Positions 9,801 to 18,766 of a DNA stretch of 64,000 bases are shown piece after piece. Source of the DNA: Polyangiaceae bacterium (lineage in GTDB: Bacteria; Myxococcota_A; Polyangia; Polyangiales; Polyangiaceae); contig CBDCTZ010000015.1 in NCBI GenBank assembly GCA_965222375.1, positions 1,504,001 through 1,568,000 of the forward strand, written 5' to 3'. Position 1 is the stretch's first letter, and every line of letters begins with the position of its first letter. The position numbers and the translations under genes were made by a program. The notes beneath the pieces are model-generated. The model saw only the letters and a program-made list of their open reading frames with translations. It ran no database searches and was not told the origin of the DNA.

Positions 9801-10394
9801 CTACGCGGGCCGCCCGAGACGCCGTGCTCCTGCCAAGAACACCGCGCCACAGAACCAGAGCCACTCGTAGGGACGCGGCTTCGAGCTGAGAGCCGAGCAC
9901 GCGCCACACCCCTTGCGCGTCGCCGCGTCCGAGCTTGATTTCGCCGGCCACGTGGCAGGCCGTACACTTCCAGCGCCGCCGTCGCTGGTGCTTGGCGCAC
10001 GGCCGGGCCCCAACCGTTTGATCCAATCGGTCGGTGCCATCCGCGTGCCACCACACAAACTTGCTGAGAGTTCACCCTTCTTGGTCAGATTGGCGAACAC
10101 TAGGTAGCGCTTTCCAGATTCGAAAGAGGCGCTCCGCATGCCAAGCGACTCGATATACACATGCTTGGCGACGTCCCCTTTGAAGACCCTATCAACTTGG
10201 AATTCCGCGCGAGGCGACTGGCCTGTGTTGCCCATGGCTGTGGCCGTGCCCGAAAATACGAATCGAGCGCCCTCCTTCGAGTCCTCGAACCCGGCCGGCC
10301 CACAGGATGTCGCCTGCGATGCACGGGAGGTTAGTAACATCAACGCGGCGACAAGAGCTGCTAGGTAGGCTCGCATGACTATGGGCCGGAGCAT
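9801..10394 (-). CDS. Secreted TIMP/NTR-like protein with MYXO-CTERM-like tail
   Basis: Signal peptide, TSC, VFSG, VDRVFKG, FESGKRYLVFA, LCGGT; C-terminal GCGAC + hydrophobic segment + RR. Confidence 0.7.
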   Translation of the reverse strand: MLRPIVMRAYLAALVAALMLLTSRASQATSCGPAGFEDSKEGARFVFSGTATAMGNTGQSPRAEFQVDRVFKGDVAKHVYIESLGMRSASFESGKRYLVFANLTKKGELSASLCGGTRMAPTDWIKRLGPGRAPSTSDGGAGSVRPATWPAKSSSDAATRKGCGACSALSSKPRPYEWLWFCGAVFLAGARRLGRPA

Positions 10395-10600
10395 GCCACA
10401 GTCACCCGATGATTGAACGCTCGCAGTCGCGTGTCGCGCCGGGTTTAGCCAGCGCCGGCGAAACTTTCGATTCGAACGAGCTCAGTTCCCGAGTGGGCTT
10501 GGTCCGTCGCGATAGAGACGACGAACTGCTCATGACGTTGCGACCAGCCGAAGTACCTGCGCCCGTCGGTCTGCTGGATCACGAATGGCCTCTGTTCTCT

Positions 10601-10713
10601 CAAATCAGCCGTCATTCCACCCTGAATGAAACAAACTTGTTCGTGGATCGGAGGTTACGTGCACTTTCCACGTCGTGTTTTCGCGCGAACGCTTTGGTCG
10701 GCCTAGACTCTCC
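10601..10713. repeat. 113-bp direct repeat, copy 1
   Basis: Near-identical to 17798-17910. Confidence 0.9.
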
Positions 10714-12063
10714 CAGCTGCGACGCAACAAGCACTATGCCGCCCGGGCACTGGCAGACATGGGGGACCGCGCGTCGAGCCCGGCGGTGTTGGCGCTGCTA
10801 CGCAGCCTCGAACGGGACGGATTCAACCTTTGGCGCGACACCCTGGACACGCTGCCGCGCCTCGACCCTCTGCGCGCTCAAGCCTACGCCCTCGATCTGA
10901 TCCGCCGGGCGACACGAAATCCTGGCGTGCTGAAAAAGAACTCCCAACTACTGAAAGACGTGCTGCCCCTCGTCATCACACCCAGCGCTGGAGCTCGGGA
11001 TGTGATCGAGCGGGCCGCCTTCACTCTCGTGACTGACGACGCCGCCGCCCGCGGACACTTCTCCGGCGCCTGCGAACTAGTCGCCGCGCAGGTTCGCATG
11101 GGCAACACCCAATTGTGGACGGAGCTGCGCCGCGAGCTCGCAACGGATCTGCGCACCCAGCGTGCCGTCGCTTGCTACAGCAAGTGGATGCCGGTCGTGT
11201 TTCCCGGCCATGATTCTGACGAAGCAGACGTCTGGATGCACCGCCAGCGCTACGAGGCGCTCCTGAACTGGCTCGTACGCACCCGGGATAGTGAACCCAG
11301 TCAAGACGACGTCGATGCCCGGCGCCGCTTGCTGGTCTGGTTGAAGGCCCGCTCGAAGAAGCCCGACATCGTCAAGAACGAACGCGACCGACGCTATTCG
11401 CCGACGAAACGGGCGCTGCACCTGGCGGCGCTGGCCGCCATGGGCGATCCGAAAGCACGACGCGACTTGGAGGCTCTGATCGAGGATCCGTCAGATGAGG
11501 GCACCGCACCGTGGATCGCAGCCTACTACGCCTTGCGCCTCGAGCTCGTCGGCGCGACGGATCTCGCTGCAGCGCGCCTGCGCCTGGGTATCGCCAAGTC
11601 GACGCGTCGCTTCTCGAGCAAACGCTGGGACCGGCGCGGCGCAGTCAACATCACCGAACAAGGTCACGTGATCGAAGAGTTGGCACGTCGTGGTGACAGT
11701 CGTTTCGCTCTGGGCCTGCTGAGCCGCTCGGTCTTCGATCGCGAGCTGACCGCGATGCTTGTCGCACGCCGCAAGCCGGCACGAGCATGCGAGCTCGTGG
11801 GCAACGCAGCGGCCGGAGCTCAGCGCCAAGCTGTCGATGACGCCTTTTGGTCCCTCAGCGTGCTCGGGAGCAAGTGCCGAACGACTATGCGGCGCCTCAC
11901 GAGGGATCCGTCTCAATCGCCATCGGTTCGCGGCATGGCCAACGAGTACTTGGCCATGCTGCGGGACAAATCGGTTCCGTCTCAGAGCGCTACCTTGCTG
12001 CGTGACCGCGACCATCGCGCCAGCGCACAGCGCGCTCGGATCATCTACACTGCAAGAGAGTGA
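10714..12063 (+). pseudogene. HEAT/alpha-solenoid protein, apparently 5'-truncated at the repeat
   Basis: Helical repeats such as AARALADMGDRASSPAVLALL; the ORF-track start lies inside the repeat. Confidence 0.6.
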
Positions 12064-12101
12064 GAGTGCGAGAAGCTTGCTGGGGTCTGCAGGGACCAAA
12101 T

Positions 12102-12641
12102 ATGTGGCGAGCGGCGCTGGCCACGCTGGCGGCAAGCTGCGCCGGTGCGTGTGGGGCCGCCAATACGCGCACCGATACGCCAACTCCTCCGAAGCCTCAG
12201 GCGCCGACGGTCGTCCAAGTGCCAAGCGCCGCAGGATCGTCCGACCAGGAGGCGGCCAATGCGGGCGCGAACATCAGGCGGCGGGGCTCGAGGACGCCCC
12301 CACCTTCCGAGCTCGAAGCAGGCGGTCGGGGAGGGCGGCTGCCGGAGATGAGTGTGTGCCCCGTGGATCAGGGCACGGCGACCGATCTAAACGGAGATGG
12401 GCGCCCGGACGTGTACGTGGTGAAGCAGGCTGGCAATCTGGTGTGTCGGGCGTTGGACTTGAACGGGGATGGCTTGGTGGACGTCGTCGAGCTGCACGAC
12501 GAGGCCGGAGCGGTGGTGGCCAAGCTGTCGGACCTCGACGCCGACGCACACACAGATGAAATGCGGCGCTACCGGAATGGGAAACTCATCAGCGTCGAGC
12601 GTGATCTCGATGGCGACGGTGTCATCGATTCATCAAAGTAG
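12102..12641 (+). CDS. Lipoprotein with DxNGDG Ca-binding-like repeats
   Basis: Lipobox-like ASCAGAC; DLNGDGRPD, DLNGDGLVD, DLDGDGVID. Confidence 0.75.
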   Translation: MWRAALATLAASCAGACGAANTRTDTPTPPKPQAPTVVQVPSAAGSSDQEAANAGANIRRRGSRTPPPSELEAGGRGGRLPEMSVCPVDQGTATDLNGDGRPDVYVVKQAGNLVCRALDLNGDGLVDVVELHDEAGAVVAKLSDLDADAHTDEMRRYRNGKLISVERDLDGDGVIDSSK

Positions 12642-12650
12642 GTGGGGCGG

Positions 12651-13024
12651 CTAGTCCAACGGATTCAGCTTGTCCTGTGTCTTGGTTTCGAAGTCGCTGG
12701 CGTCGTGGCGTTCCCACAGCTGGGTCTCTGGCTTGCCGAAGGAGCGATTGACCATGCGGCCGCGCTTGGCGGCGGGGCGCTCGGCGATTTCCTTGGTCCA
12801 ACGGTTTACGTGAATGTAACTGGCGGCATCCAGAAATTCCGCGGCGTCGTAAACGTGTCCGGCGACTAGTGCGCCGTACCAAGGCCAGGTTGCGATGTCC
12901 GCGACTGTGTAGTCATCCCCCGCAAGGTAGCGATTGTCCGCCAACCGCTTGTCCAATACGTCGAGCTGGCGTTTTACCTCCATGGCAAACCGGTCGATGG
13001 CGTACTCGATCTTGACCGGAGCGT
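12651..13024 (-). pseudogene. yghU: C-terminal part of YghU-type glutathione-dependent disulfide oxidoreductase
   Basis: KIEYAIDRFAMEVKRQLDVLD..AGDDYTVADIATWPWYG..RGRMVNR..ERHDASDF; the N-terminal half is replaced by the repeat array. Confidence 0.88.
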
Positions 13025-13472
13025 TGCCGATGCAGCTCTCGAACGGACGGACCGGAAGATCCGACCGAGGGAGTCATCCCCCGCAAGGTAGCGATTGTCC
13101 GCCAACCGCTTGTCCAATACGTCGAGCTGGCGTTTTACCTCCATGGCAAACCGGTCGATGGCGTACTCGATCTTGACCGGAGCGTTGCCGATGCAGCTCT
13201 CGAACGGACGGACCGGAAGATCCCGGAAGATCCGACCGGAAGATCCGACCGAGGGTGAACCTGCCGATGCAGCTCTCGAACGGAAGATCCTGAACCTGCC
13301 GATGCAGCTCTCGAACGGAAGATCCCACGGAAGATCCGACCGAGGGTGAACCGCAACGGAAGATCCCAACGGAAGATCCGACCGAGGGTGAACCGCCGAT
13401 GCAGCTCAGATCCGACAGATAACGGACGGAAGCCGGAAGATCCGACCGAGGGTGAACCTGCCGATGCAGCTC
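13025..13472 (+). repeat. Scrambled REP-like array of element-end fragments, including a duplicated yghU piece
   Basis: GGAAGATCC at 13054, 13215, 13225, 13238, 13282, 13317, 13329, 13358, 13371 and 13435; repeated GCCGATGCAGCTC modules. Confidence 0.92.
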
Positions 13473-14730
13473 AGCTGCGACCGGCGCGGCTCGAGGGACA
13501 GCGAGCATTGGACGAACTGGTGGCTGTTTCCTCGGTCAAGCGCGCCGCTGCGCCGCGCTGGCGCGTAAGAACCGGCGATGGACAAACCTCTCGGTTGCAT
13601 CGTAGTGACCGTTCGGGCTTGGCCAACAGGAAGGTCGGCTATGCGGGCGTTGGCGCGCAGCGGACGCCGTAGAGTTGGCTGAGTTTCCAGGTGCCGGGTG
13701 GGAATAGGACCTTGCTCACGCCCCGCTTGAGGCGTTCTAGACTGGCCCGGTACGCCTCCAGGAACTGGCGGCGGTGGGCAAGCCAGTGCGCGGCCGCTTT
13801 GGCGTTGCCGGACGCCGAAAACAGGGGGAAGCGCTCTCCGAACTCTTCCCAGCTGGCAGCGCGGGACGTTACCTTGACACGCGTCACTCGCTTGGCGTTC
13901 TGGAACCCGCGCCCTTCGCGTCGGGCGGCTGCACGGGCTGCTTGGACCTTGTCGTCCACCACCTTCTGGATCGTGCGGCATGCGGCGTCTCGATTGCCAT
14001 GGGCCTTCAACAGTTGGTGCGGGAGAGTGATCGCGATCTCGGCGGTCTCCGGCCATTGCGGATTGTTGGGATCGAGATACACGTCGGGTCGCCGAACACG
14101 CACGACTCGGCGACCGATATCATCCGCAAGGACCTTCACGCCCGGCCAGGCCTTTGGCGAGCGAACCAGGAAGGCCGCGACGCAATTGGCAATCACGTAG
14201 GCGATCTTGTTCACGATCGACCCGGCCGTCAGAAGTTCTACGCAGCTCATTGCAGTTCGGCTGAAGACTTCTTCCGGCCAGCCGCGATGGCACTTTACGG
14301 CGTTGGCCAGCAACCGGTTTCGCAGCTCGAAGAACTTCGGAAGGTTGCCCCGGGTGTCCGTGAGCACCTCATGGATGTGGTTCGAGAGCACCTGGACGCA
14401 ATGGACCTGAATGCCCAGCTGCGCTGCGACCACCGCCGTGAAGTACCAATAGAGCTGCTGGATGGTTCCGTCCTGATCCGGCCGCAGCAAGAAGTGACGG
14501 CGGACCACTCGCCTTGTCACTATGTAGGTCCGGTTGGGCAGCACTGCGCGGGGTCGCGACATGGCCGCAGTGGTAGCGAGCCCCGTGCCAGCCGGATCCC
14601 GCCAAAAGACGCGCCGTTTGTGGCTTCCGAGAGCGTGGCAGAACCTGGCGACTGGCTGGCGGGCGCCACCCTGAGCCCCACACCCGTTGATTCGCGGTCG
14701 GATCGCCGGGTCACCCTCGGTCGGATCTTC
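13436..14730 (-). mobile_element. RAYT/Y1-transposase unit bounded by perfect 20-bp inverted repeats
   Basis: GAAGATCCGACCGAGGGTGA at 13436-13455 and its reverse complement at 14711-14730. Confidence 0.8.
13639..14562 (-). CDS. REP-associated tyrosine transposase (RAYT, HUH/Y1 family), 307 aa
   Basis: MSRPR..TYIVTRR..FLLRP; HUH motif VLSNHIHEV; catalytic Tyr region AYVIANCVAAFLV; C-terminal FPPGTW. Confidence 0.9.
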   Translation of the reverse strand: MSRPRAVLPNRTYIVTRRVVRRHFLLRPDQDGTIQQLYWYFTAVVAAQLGIQVHCVQVLSNHIHEVLTDTRGNLPKFFELRNRLLANAVKCHRGWPEEVFSRTAMSCVELLTAGSIVNKIAYVIANCVAAFLVRSPKAWPGVKVLADDIGRRVVRVRRPDVYLDPNNPQWPETAEIAITLPHQLLKAHGNRDAACRTIQKVVDDKVQAARAAARREGRGFQNAKRVTRVKVTSRAASWEEFGERFPLFSASGNAKAAAHWLAHRRQFLEAYRASLERLKRGVSKVLFPPGTWKLSQLYGVRCAPTPA

Positions 14731-14880
14731 TGTCTGTCTTGCCGGATCCCGCCAAAAGACGCGCCGTTTGTGGCTTCCGAGAGCGTGGCAGAACCTGGCG
14801 ACTGGCTGGCGGGCGCCACCCTGAGCCCCACACCCGTTGATTCGCGGTCGGATCGCCGGGTCACCCTCGGTCGGATCTTC
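14591..14880. repeat. Tandem duplication (140 bp identical, period 150) of the RAYT upstream end
   Basis: 14591-14730 = 14741-14880. Confidence 0.95.
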
Positions 14881-14912
14881 GTGATCTTCGTCGTCTGTCG
14901 GTCGGATCCCGG

Positions 14913-15047
14913 GAAGATCCGACCGAGGGTGAACCCCGCCGATGCAGTTCAGATCGCGGCTGGCGCGCACTGAAGGACAGCGAGTCATGGGCGCCACAAC
15001 CCGTTGATCCGCGGTCAGATCGCCGGGTCACCCTCGGTCGGATCTTC
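14913..15047. mobile_element. 135-bp REPIN/MITE-like derivative of the RAYT unit
   Basis: Same 20-bp TIRs; left ~75 bp resembles 13436-13510 and right ~55 bp resembles 14675-14730. Confidence 0.8.
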
Positions 15048-15421
15048 TTCTGCTCCGATCTTCTTCTACGGCGTGAGCCCGAAACGCATTTGCCCGGCAC
15101 GCTGCTGAACGACTGCTGACGAAGAACGCTGACCTTTCCACATGCTGCACCTCCACGCCCGGGGAGCGGCCGGGCTTCGGAAGGGCACGGCGCCCCTGAG
15201 GGGTTCCCTTCGGTCTCAGGCTCCGTGACACGCCCGAGGAAGAACGCGCGCCGTGCCGTGAGCGTGAGCGAGCCAGGCATTGCCGCTCACGTCGGGGCGT
15301 GGCGCGGAGCGTGCGCCCAACGCAGAAGCCTGGCCTGCGGGCGGGAGTGGGCGGACGTGGTGTCGGTGCCCACGCCGCGGCCACCCCTTGGTGCTTGGGA
15401 GGCGGCCTGTCCTTGACGCAG

Positions 15422-16429
15422 CTACTTACACTTGAAGTTAGGCAACGCCGCATCGCCAGGGTCGCACACCCCAGAGCAACAGGCCGTTTGCGCGATCCCG
15501 CAGGGCGCGCCAGAGGGTATGCAACACTTGCCACCCTCGCAGGACACTTGCGTGCCGAAAACTCCACAGCATTCACCAACGCTCCCGCACGCGTCGCCGG
15601 GCGGGCGGCAGCAGTGGTTTAGCGTGCACGGCATCGTCGGATCGCAGCAATCGTTCGCGCTTGCACAGGAATCGAACGCGTTCCCACAACACTTGCCGTT
15701 CTTGCAGCTGCCGCTGCAACAGTCAGAAGGCTTGGAGCACACCTGACCCGTCGTGCCGCAACAGGCCCCATTGGGGCACGCCAAGGCGCCGCAGCAATCC
15801 CCGGCGGTGCTGCATTTAGCTGAGGTGCCCCCGCAGCAACTTCCTCCTACACAAAAGCCTCCGCCGCAACACTCCCCAGCAAAGCTGCACGGGAATTTGT
15901 TAGGCACGCATGCGACGCACTTGCCGCTCTCGCATCGGCCCGAGCAGCAGTCGGTCGCGTTGAGGCAACTCTCACCGTCGAGTTCGCATGGGAGGCAGCT
16001 TCCACCATAGCAGGATAGCTTTGGCTGCTTGCAGCACTGCGTGGTCTGCGCGCACGTTCCAGACTCCGCGACGCACGGGGCGCACTCGCCATTTGAGCAG
16101 GATTCACTGCAACACTCCGTGAACGCGCTGCACGACATGCCTCCGGGCTTGCACGTCGCTCCACCGCCCGCGCCACCAGTTCCCGAGGTGCCCGCGCTGC
16201 CGCCGCTTCCCGACATGCCCGCGCCAGCCGCGGTCCCACCGGTTCCGGTGGTAGCACCCAATCCGGACGTGCCGCTGGCGCCGGAGACTCCGCTTGAGCC
16301 ACCGCCGCTCGCGCTGACGTCCGAGCCTGCGTCCTTCGAACCGTTCGGTCCTTCCGTGTCGTCAGCGGACGAGCAGGCAGCCGCGATCGCCAAGGCAGCG
16401 AGAAGCAACAACGCCCGTCGACCCCACAT
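15422..16429 (-). CDS. Cys-rich repeat lipoprotein (myxobacterial Dickkopf-like)
   Basis: Lipobox AAACSS, Gly linker, many C-x4-CC-x3-C repeats. Confidence 0.85.
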   Translation of the reverse strand: MWGRRALLLLAALAIAAACSSADDTEGPNGSKDAGSDVSASGGGSSGVSGASGTSGLGATTGTGGTAAGAGMSGSGGSAGTSGTGGAGGGATCKPGGMSCSAFTECCSESCSNGECAPCVAESGTCAQTTQCCKQPKLSCYGGSCLPCELDGESCLNATDCCSGRCESGKCVACVPNKFPCSFAGECCGGGFCVGGSCCGGTSAKCSTAGDCCGALACPNGACCGTTGQVCSKPSDCCSGSCKNGKCCGNAFDSCASANDCCDPTMPCTLNHCCRPPGDACGSVGECCGVFGTQVSCEGGKCCIPSGAPCGIAQTACCSGVCDPGDAALPNFKCK

Positions 16430-16871
16430 GAGAACCAGTGTCCCAGGGTTGAACGCCCCCGACAACTGCAGGCGTGTATCCAAGCTTGACGAAGATCAGC
16501 ATAGGTAGCTTGTCCATCATGGTGGCGTTCACGCAACTTAGCGAAACTCCGACCAAAACCGGCACGTTGGGCAGAAGTTGCACAACAACAACGCCCGAGT
16601 GCGTACGGCAAGTCAAAGTCCGAGCCCCGAGGCACCGACTTCCCCCTGCCGCGCGAGCGCTTGCCGCAATGTGACCCCCGACGCTGGCCGCTCGCCCACA
16701 ATCGCGAAGAGGTTTCGCACTTAGGGAAGGAGCCCGCCTATCCACAAGCCGATGAAAAGTTGCACAAGTTGAGCAGATTCTGCACAACAACCACCGACGT
16801 CTCATTCCTGCGTGCCGCGCGCCGACCTCCTGCTGCCCTACCTGCGTGTGGAGTTCAGCGATGTCGCGAAG

Positions 16872-17744
16872 TCAGAGATTGCACTCGACCTTGCAGTTGG
16901 CGGTAAGGCAATTGGCCAGTTGCCCGAAGACTTGCGCGCCAATTGGATTGTTGGAGATACAGTTTTGGACGCAGGCGGTGTCCCCGCTCGCACAGTTCGC
17001 TGCGCAGGTGGTGAGTGCTGTGCACTCGGCACTTGTGTTGCAGGCCGCCGATTCTGCAGAACACTTCGCAGCACTGCAGGAGGGACAGTCCCCACCCCCG
17101 GTGCCTCCGGAACCTGGGCCCGCCCCGGTTCCGCTCACCCCTCCGGAACCTCCCGTTGCCGAGACTCCACCTGTGCCTCCCGCGGGTGGATCCCCCTTGC
17201 AGCTCGCAGTCGGAGATGTGCCCGCCGCACACTGTGTCACCCGAAACACATCACACGTGGCCACGACCTGGCCACCCGAGCATCCGATGTCCGTTGATGT
17301 GCAGGTGCACACACCCGTGGGACTGAGACAGCAGTACGGGGTCGTGGCTCCGTCGCAAACGTTGAGCGGCCCGTCGGCGTGTATCGTGCCGCAGGTGCAC
17401 CCCAAACCATCTTGTTTGCAGCCCACGCTTCTGCACTCGCACGATCCGGTGCTGGGGTAACCTGGCGACTTGCAGCACACAGTGCCTCGGCCGTCTGGGG
17501 GAGCGCAGCGCGGTAGGCCTGTAGCGTCGTCGAACCCGTGGTTGGGATCGGCAACGCAGGAGCATCCCAGATTGAGGTCGGTGCAATGAACATCTGGCGA
17601 CGAACCTCCGGCGCCACCGGCTCCGCCCGACATGCCGCCATCAAGAACGCCGCCACTGCTTCCGCCGGACGAACACGCGAGCGCGAGAGAAATCACTCCC
17701 GCAATCCCTGCGACGTTGCGTGCGTTGGCAATCCACCAATGCAT
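16872..17744 (-). CDS. Cys-rich lipoprotein
   Basis: Lipobox LALACSS; two Cys-rich domains separated by a Gly linker. Confidence 0.85.
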   Translation of the reverse strand: MHWWIANARNVAGIAGVISLALACSSGGSSGGVLDGGMSGGAGGAGGSSPDVHCTDLNLGCSCVADPNHGFDDATGLPRCAPPDGRGTVCCKSPGYPSTGSCECRSVGCKQDGLGCTCGTIHADGPLNVCDGATTPYCCLSPTGVCTCTSTDIGCSGGQVVATCDVFRVTQCAAGTSPTASCKGDPPAGGTGGVSATGGSGGVSGTGAGPGSGGTGGGDCPSCSAAKCSAESAACNTSAECTALTTCAANCASGDTACVQNCISNNPIGAQVFGQLANCLTANCKVECNL

Positions 17745-17797
17745 GAAGCACCTCCCTAGGACACCAAGCTACCCATCGAATTGCGCGCCTGCAATCC

Positions 17798-17910
17798 CAA
17801 ATCAGCCATCATTCCACCCTGAATGAAACAACTTGTTCGTGGATCGAAAGGTTACGTCAACTTCCCACGCCGTGTTTCGGCGCGAACGCTTTGGTCCGCC
17901 TAGACTCTCC
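17798..17910. repeat. 113-bp direct repeat, copy 2 (includes the abiEii stop codon)
   Basis: Near-identical to 10601-10713. Confidence 0.9.
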
Positions 17911-18766
17911 ACAGTCGATCGAAGCGCGACAGCACGGCAAGCAGGTCAAATGGTGGGGCGTTGACTCGTAGCACGGACCTCAGCTCGTCTCCTGCTGCAC
18001 GGATCAGGCGGTTGCGCTCGGCGTCAGTCATTCCGAACCCGGGCGGCTGTTGCAGTAGTGGGGGAGCATCAAGCTCCGCGAGCTTTGCGTCGACCAACCG
18101 AACGAACTGCACGGAATTGAAGTCCTTTCCGGCCTCCGCGAGTGAGTCTAGATCGTAGTAGTCGCGAATTGCGCGACGTGTGAACGCTGCCCGAACTTTT
18201 TCAGCCCGTGCTTCGTCCTCGTCGAGCGCCCAACAATACGCCTCTTGTAGGCGGCTGAGTTCTGCGCCTAGAAGCTGTTTCAACAGAGTGCGCCGTGGAG
18301 CCTGTAGTCGTGGTCGCAGCGTTGCTTCCACGAGGATCTGCTGTGGACCGAAGTCGGACTCATAGCGGAGCGTCCACTGCGCATGAGCATCGCGCTCCGA
18401 ACGTTCGCCGTGTGGAAACGGCAACGTTACGCCGACACTTTCTGCTACCGCGACCAACGCCCCGCGCAGCTCGTTCACTCGGAGCGCGTTGGTGCGCTTG
18501 CGAGATGCCGCCGAGCCAGGAAGGACCAAGTCCACGTCTTCTGACATCCTGAGGAATCCCAGGTCGACCTTGCTGAGCAGCGTTCCTCCCCTGAGCAACG
18601 CACGCTCGCCCAGCACCTGCGCGATTGCCCAGATCAATCGCGTTAGGTAGTAGTCCTTTTCGACCATCACTGGTTGCAAGCGCTCCGCCGCCGCAATTTC
18701 TCTGGCAAGGTCTGCGAGGTGCGCACGCTTCAGGGGCGCCGGAAGCTCAACTTCGGGCTGCGCCAT
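17900..18766 (-). CDS. abiEii: AbiEii/AbiGii nucleotidyltransferase toxin (type IV TA)
   Basis: VEKDYYL, RGGTLLSK, RMSEDVDL, AEKVRA, RDYYDL. Confidence 0.92.
   Translation of the reverse strand: MAQPEVELPAPLKRAHLADLAREIAAAERLQPVMVEKDYYLTRLIWAIAQVLGERALLRGGTLLSKVDLGFLRMSEDVDLVLPGSAASRKRTNALRVNELRGALVAVAESVGVTLPFPHGERSERDAHAQWTLRYESDFGPQQILVEATLRPRLQAPRRTLLKQLLGAELSRLQEAYCWALDEDEARAEKVRAAFTRRAIRDYYDLDSLAEAGKDFNSVQFVRLVDAKLAELDAPPLLQQPPGFGMTDAERNRLIRAAGDELRSVLRVNAPPFDLLAVLSRFDRLWRV

Noticed and set aside
13025..13472. CRISPR array
   Set aside because: Repeat lengths and spacing are irregular, there are no unique constant-length spacers, and no cas genes are present.
14563..14997. N-terminal extension of RAYT in the 452-aa ORF call
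   Set aside because: It is translated repeat DNA; the family-like start is MSRPR at 14562.
15160..15240. Possible riboswitch or ncRNA hairpins
   Set aside because: A stem is present (CCTGAG..CTCAGG), but no recognisable family consensus.
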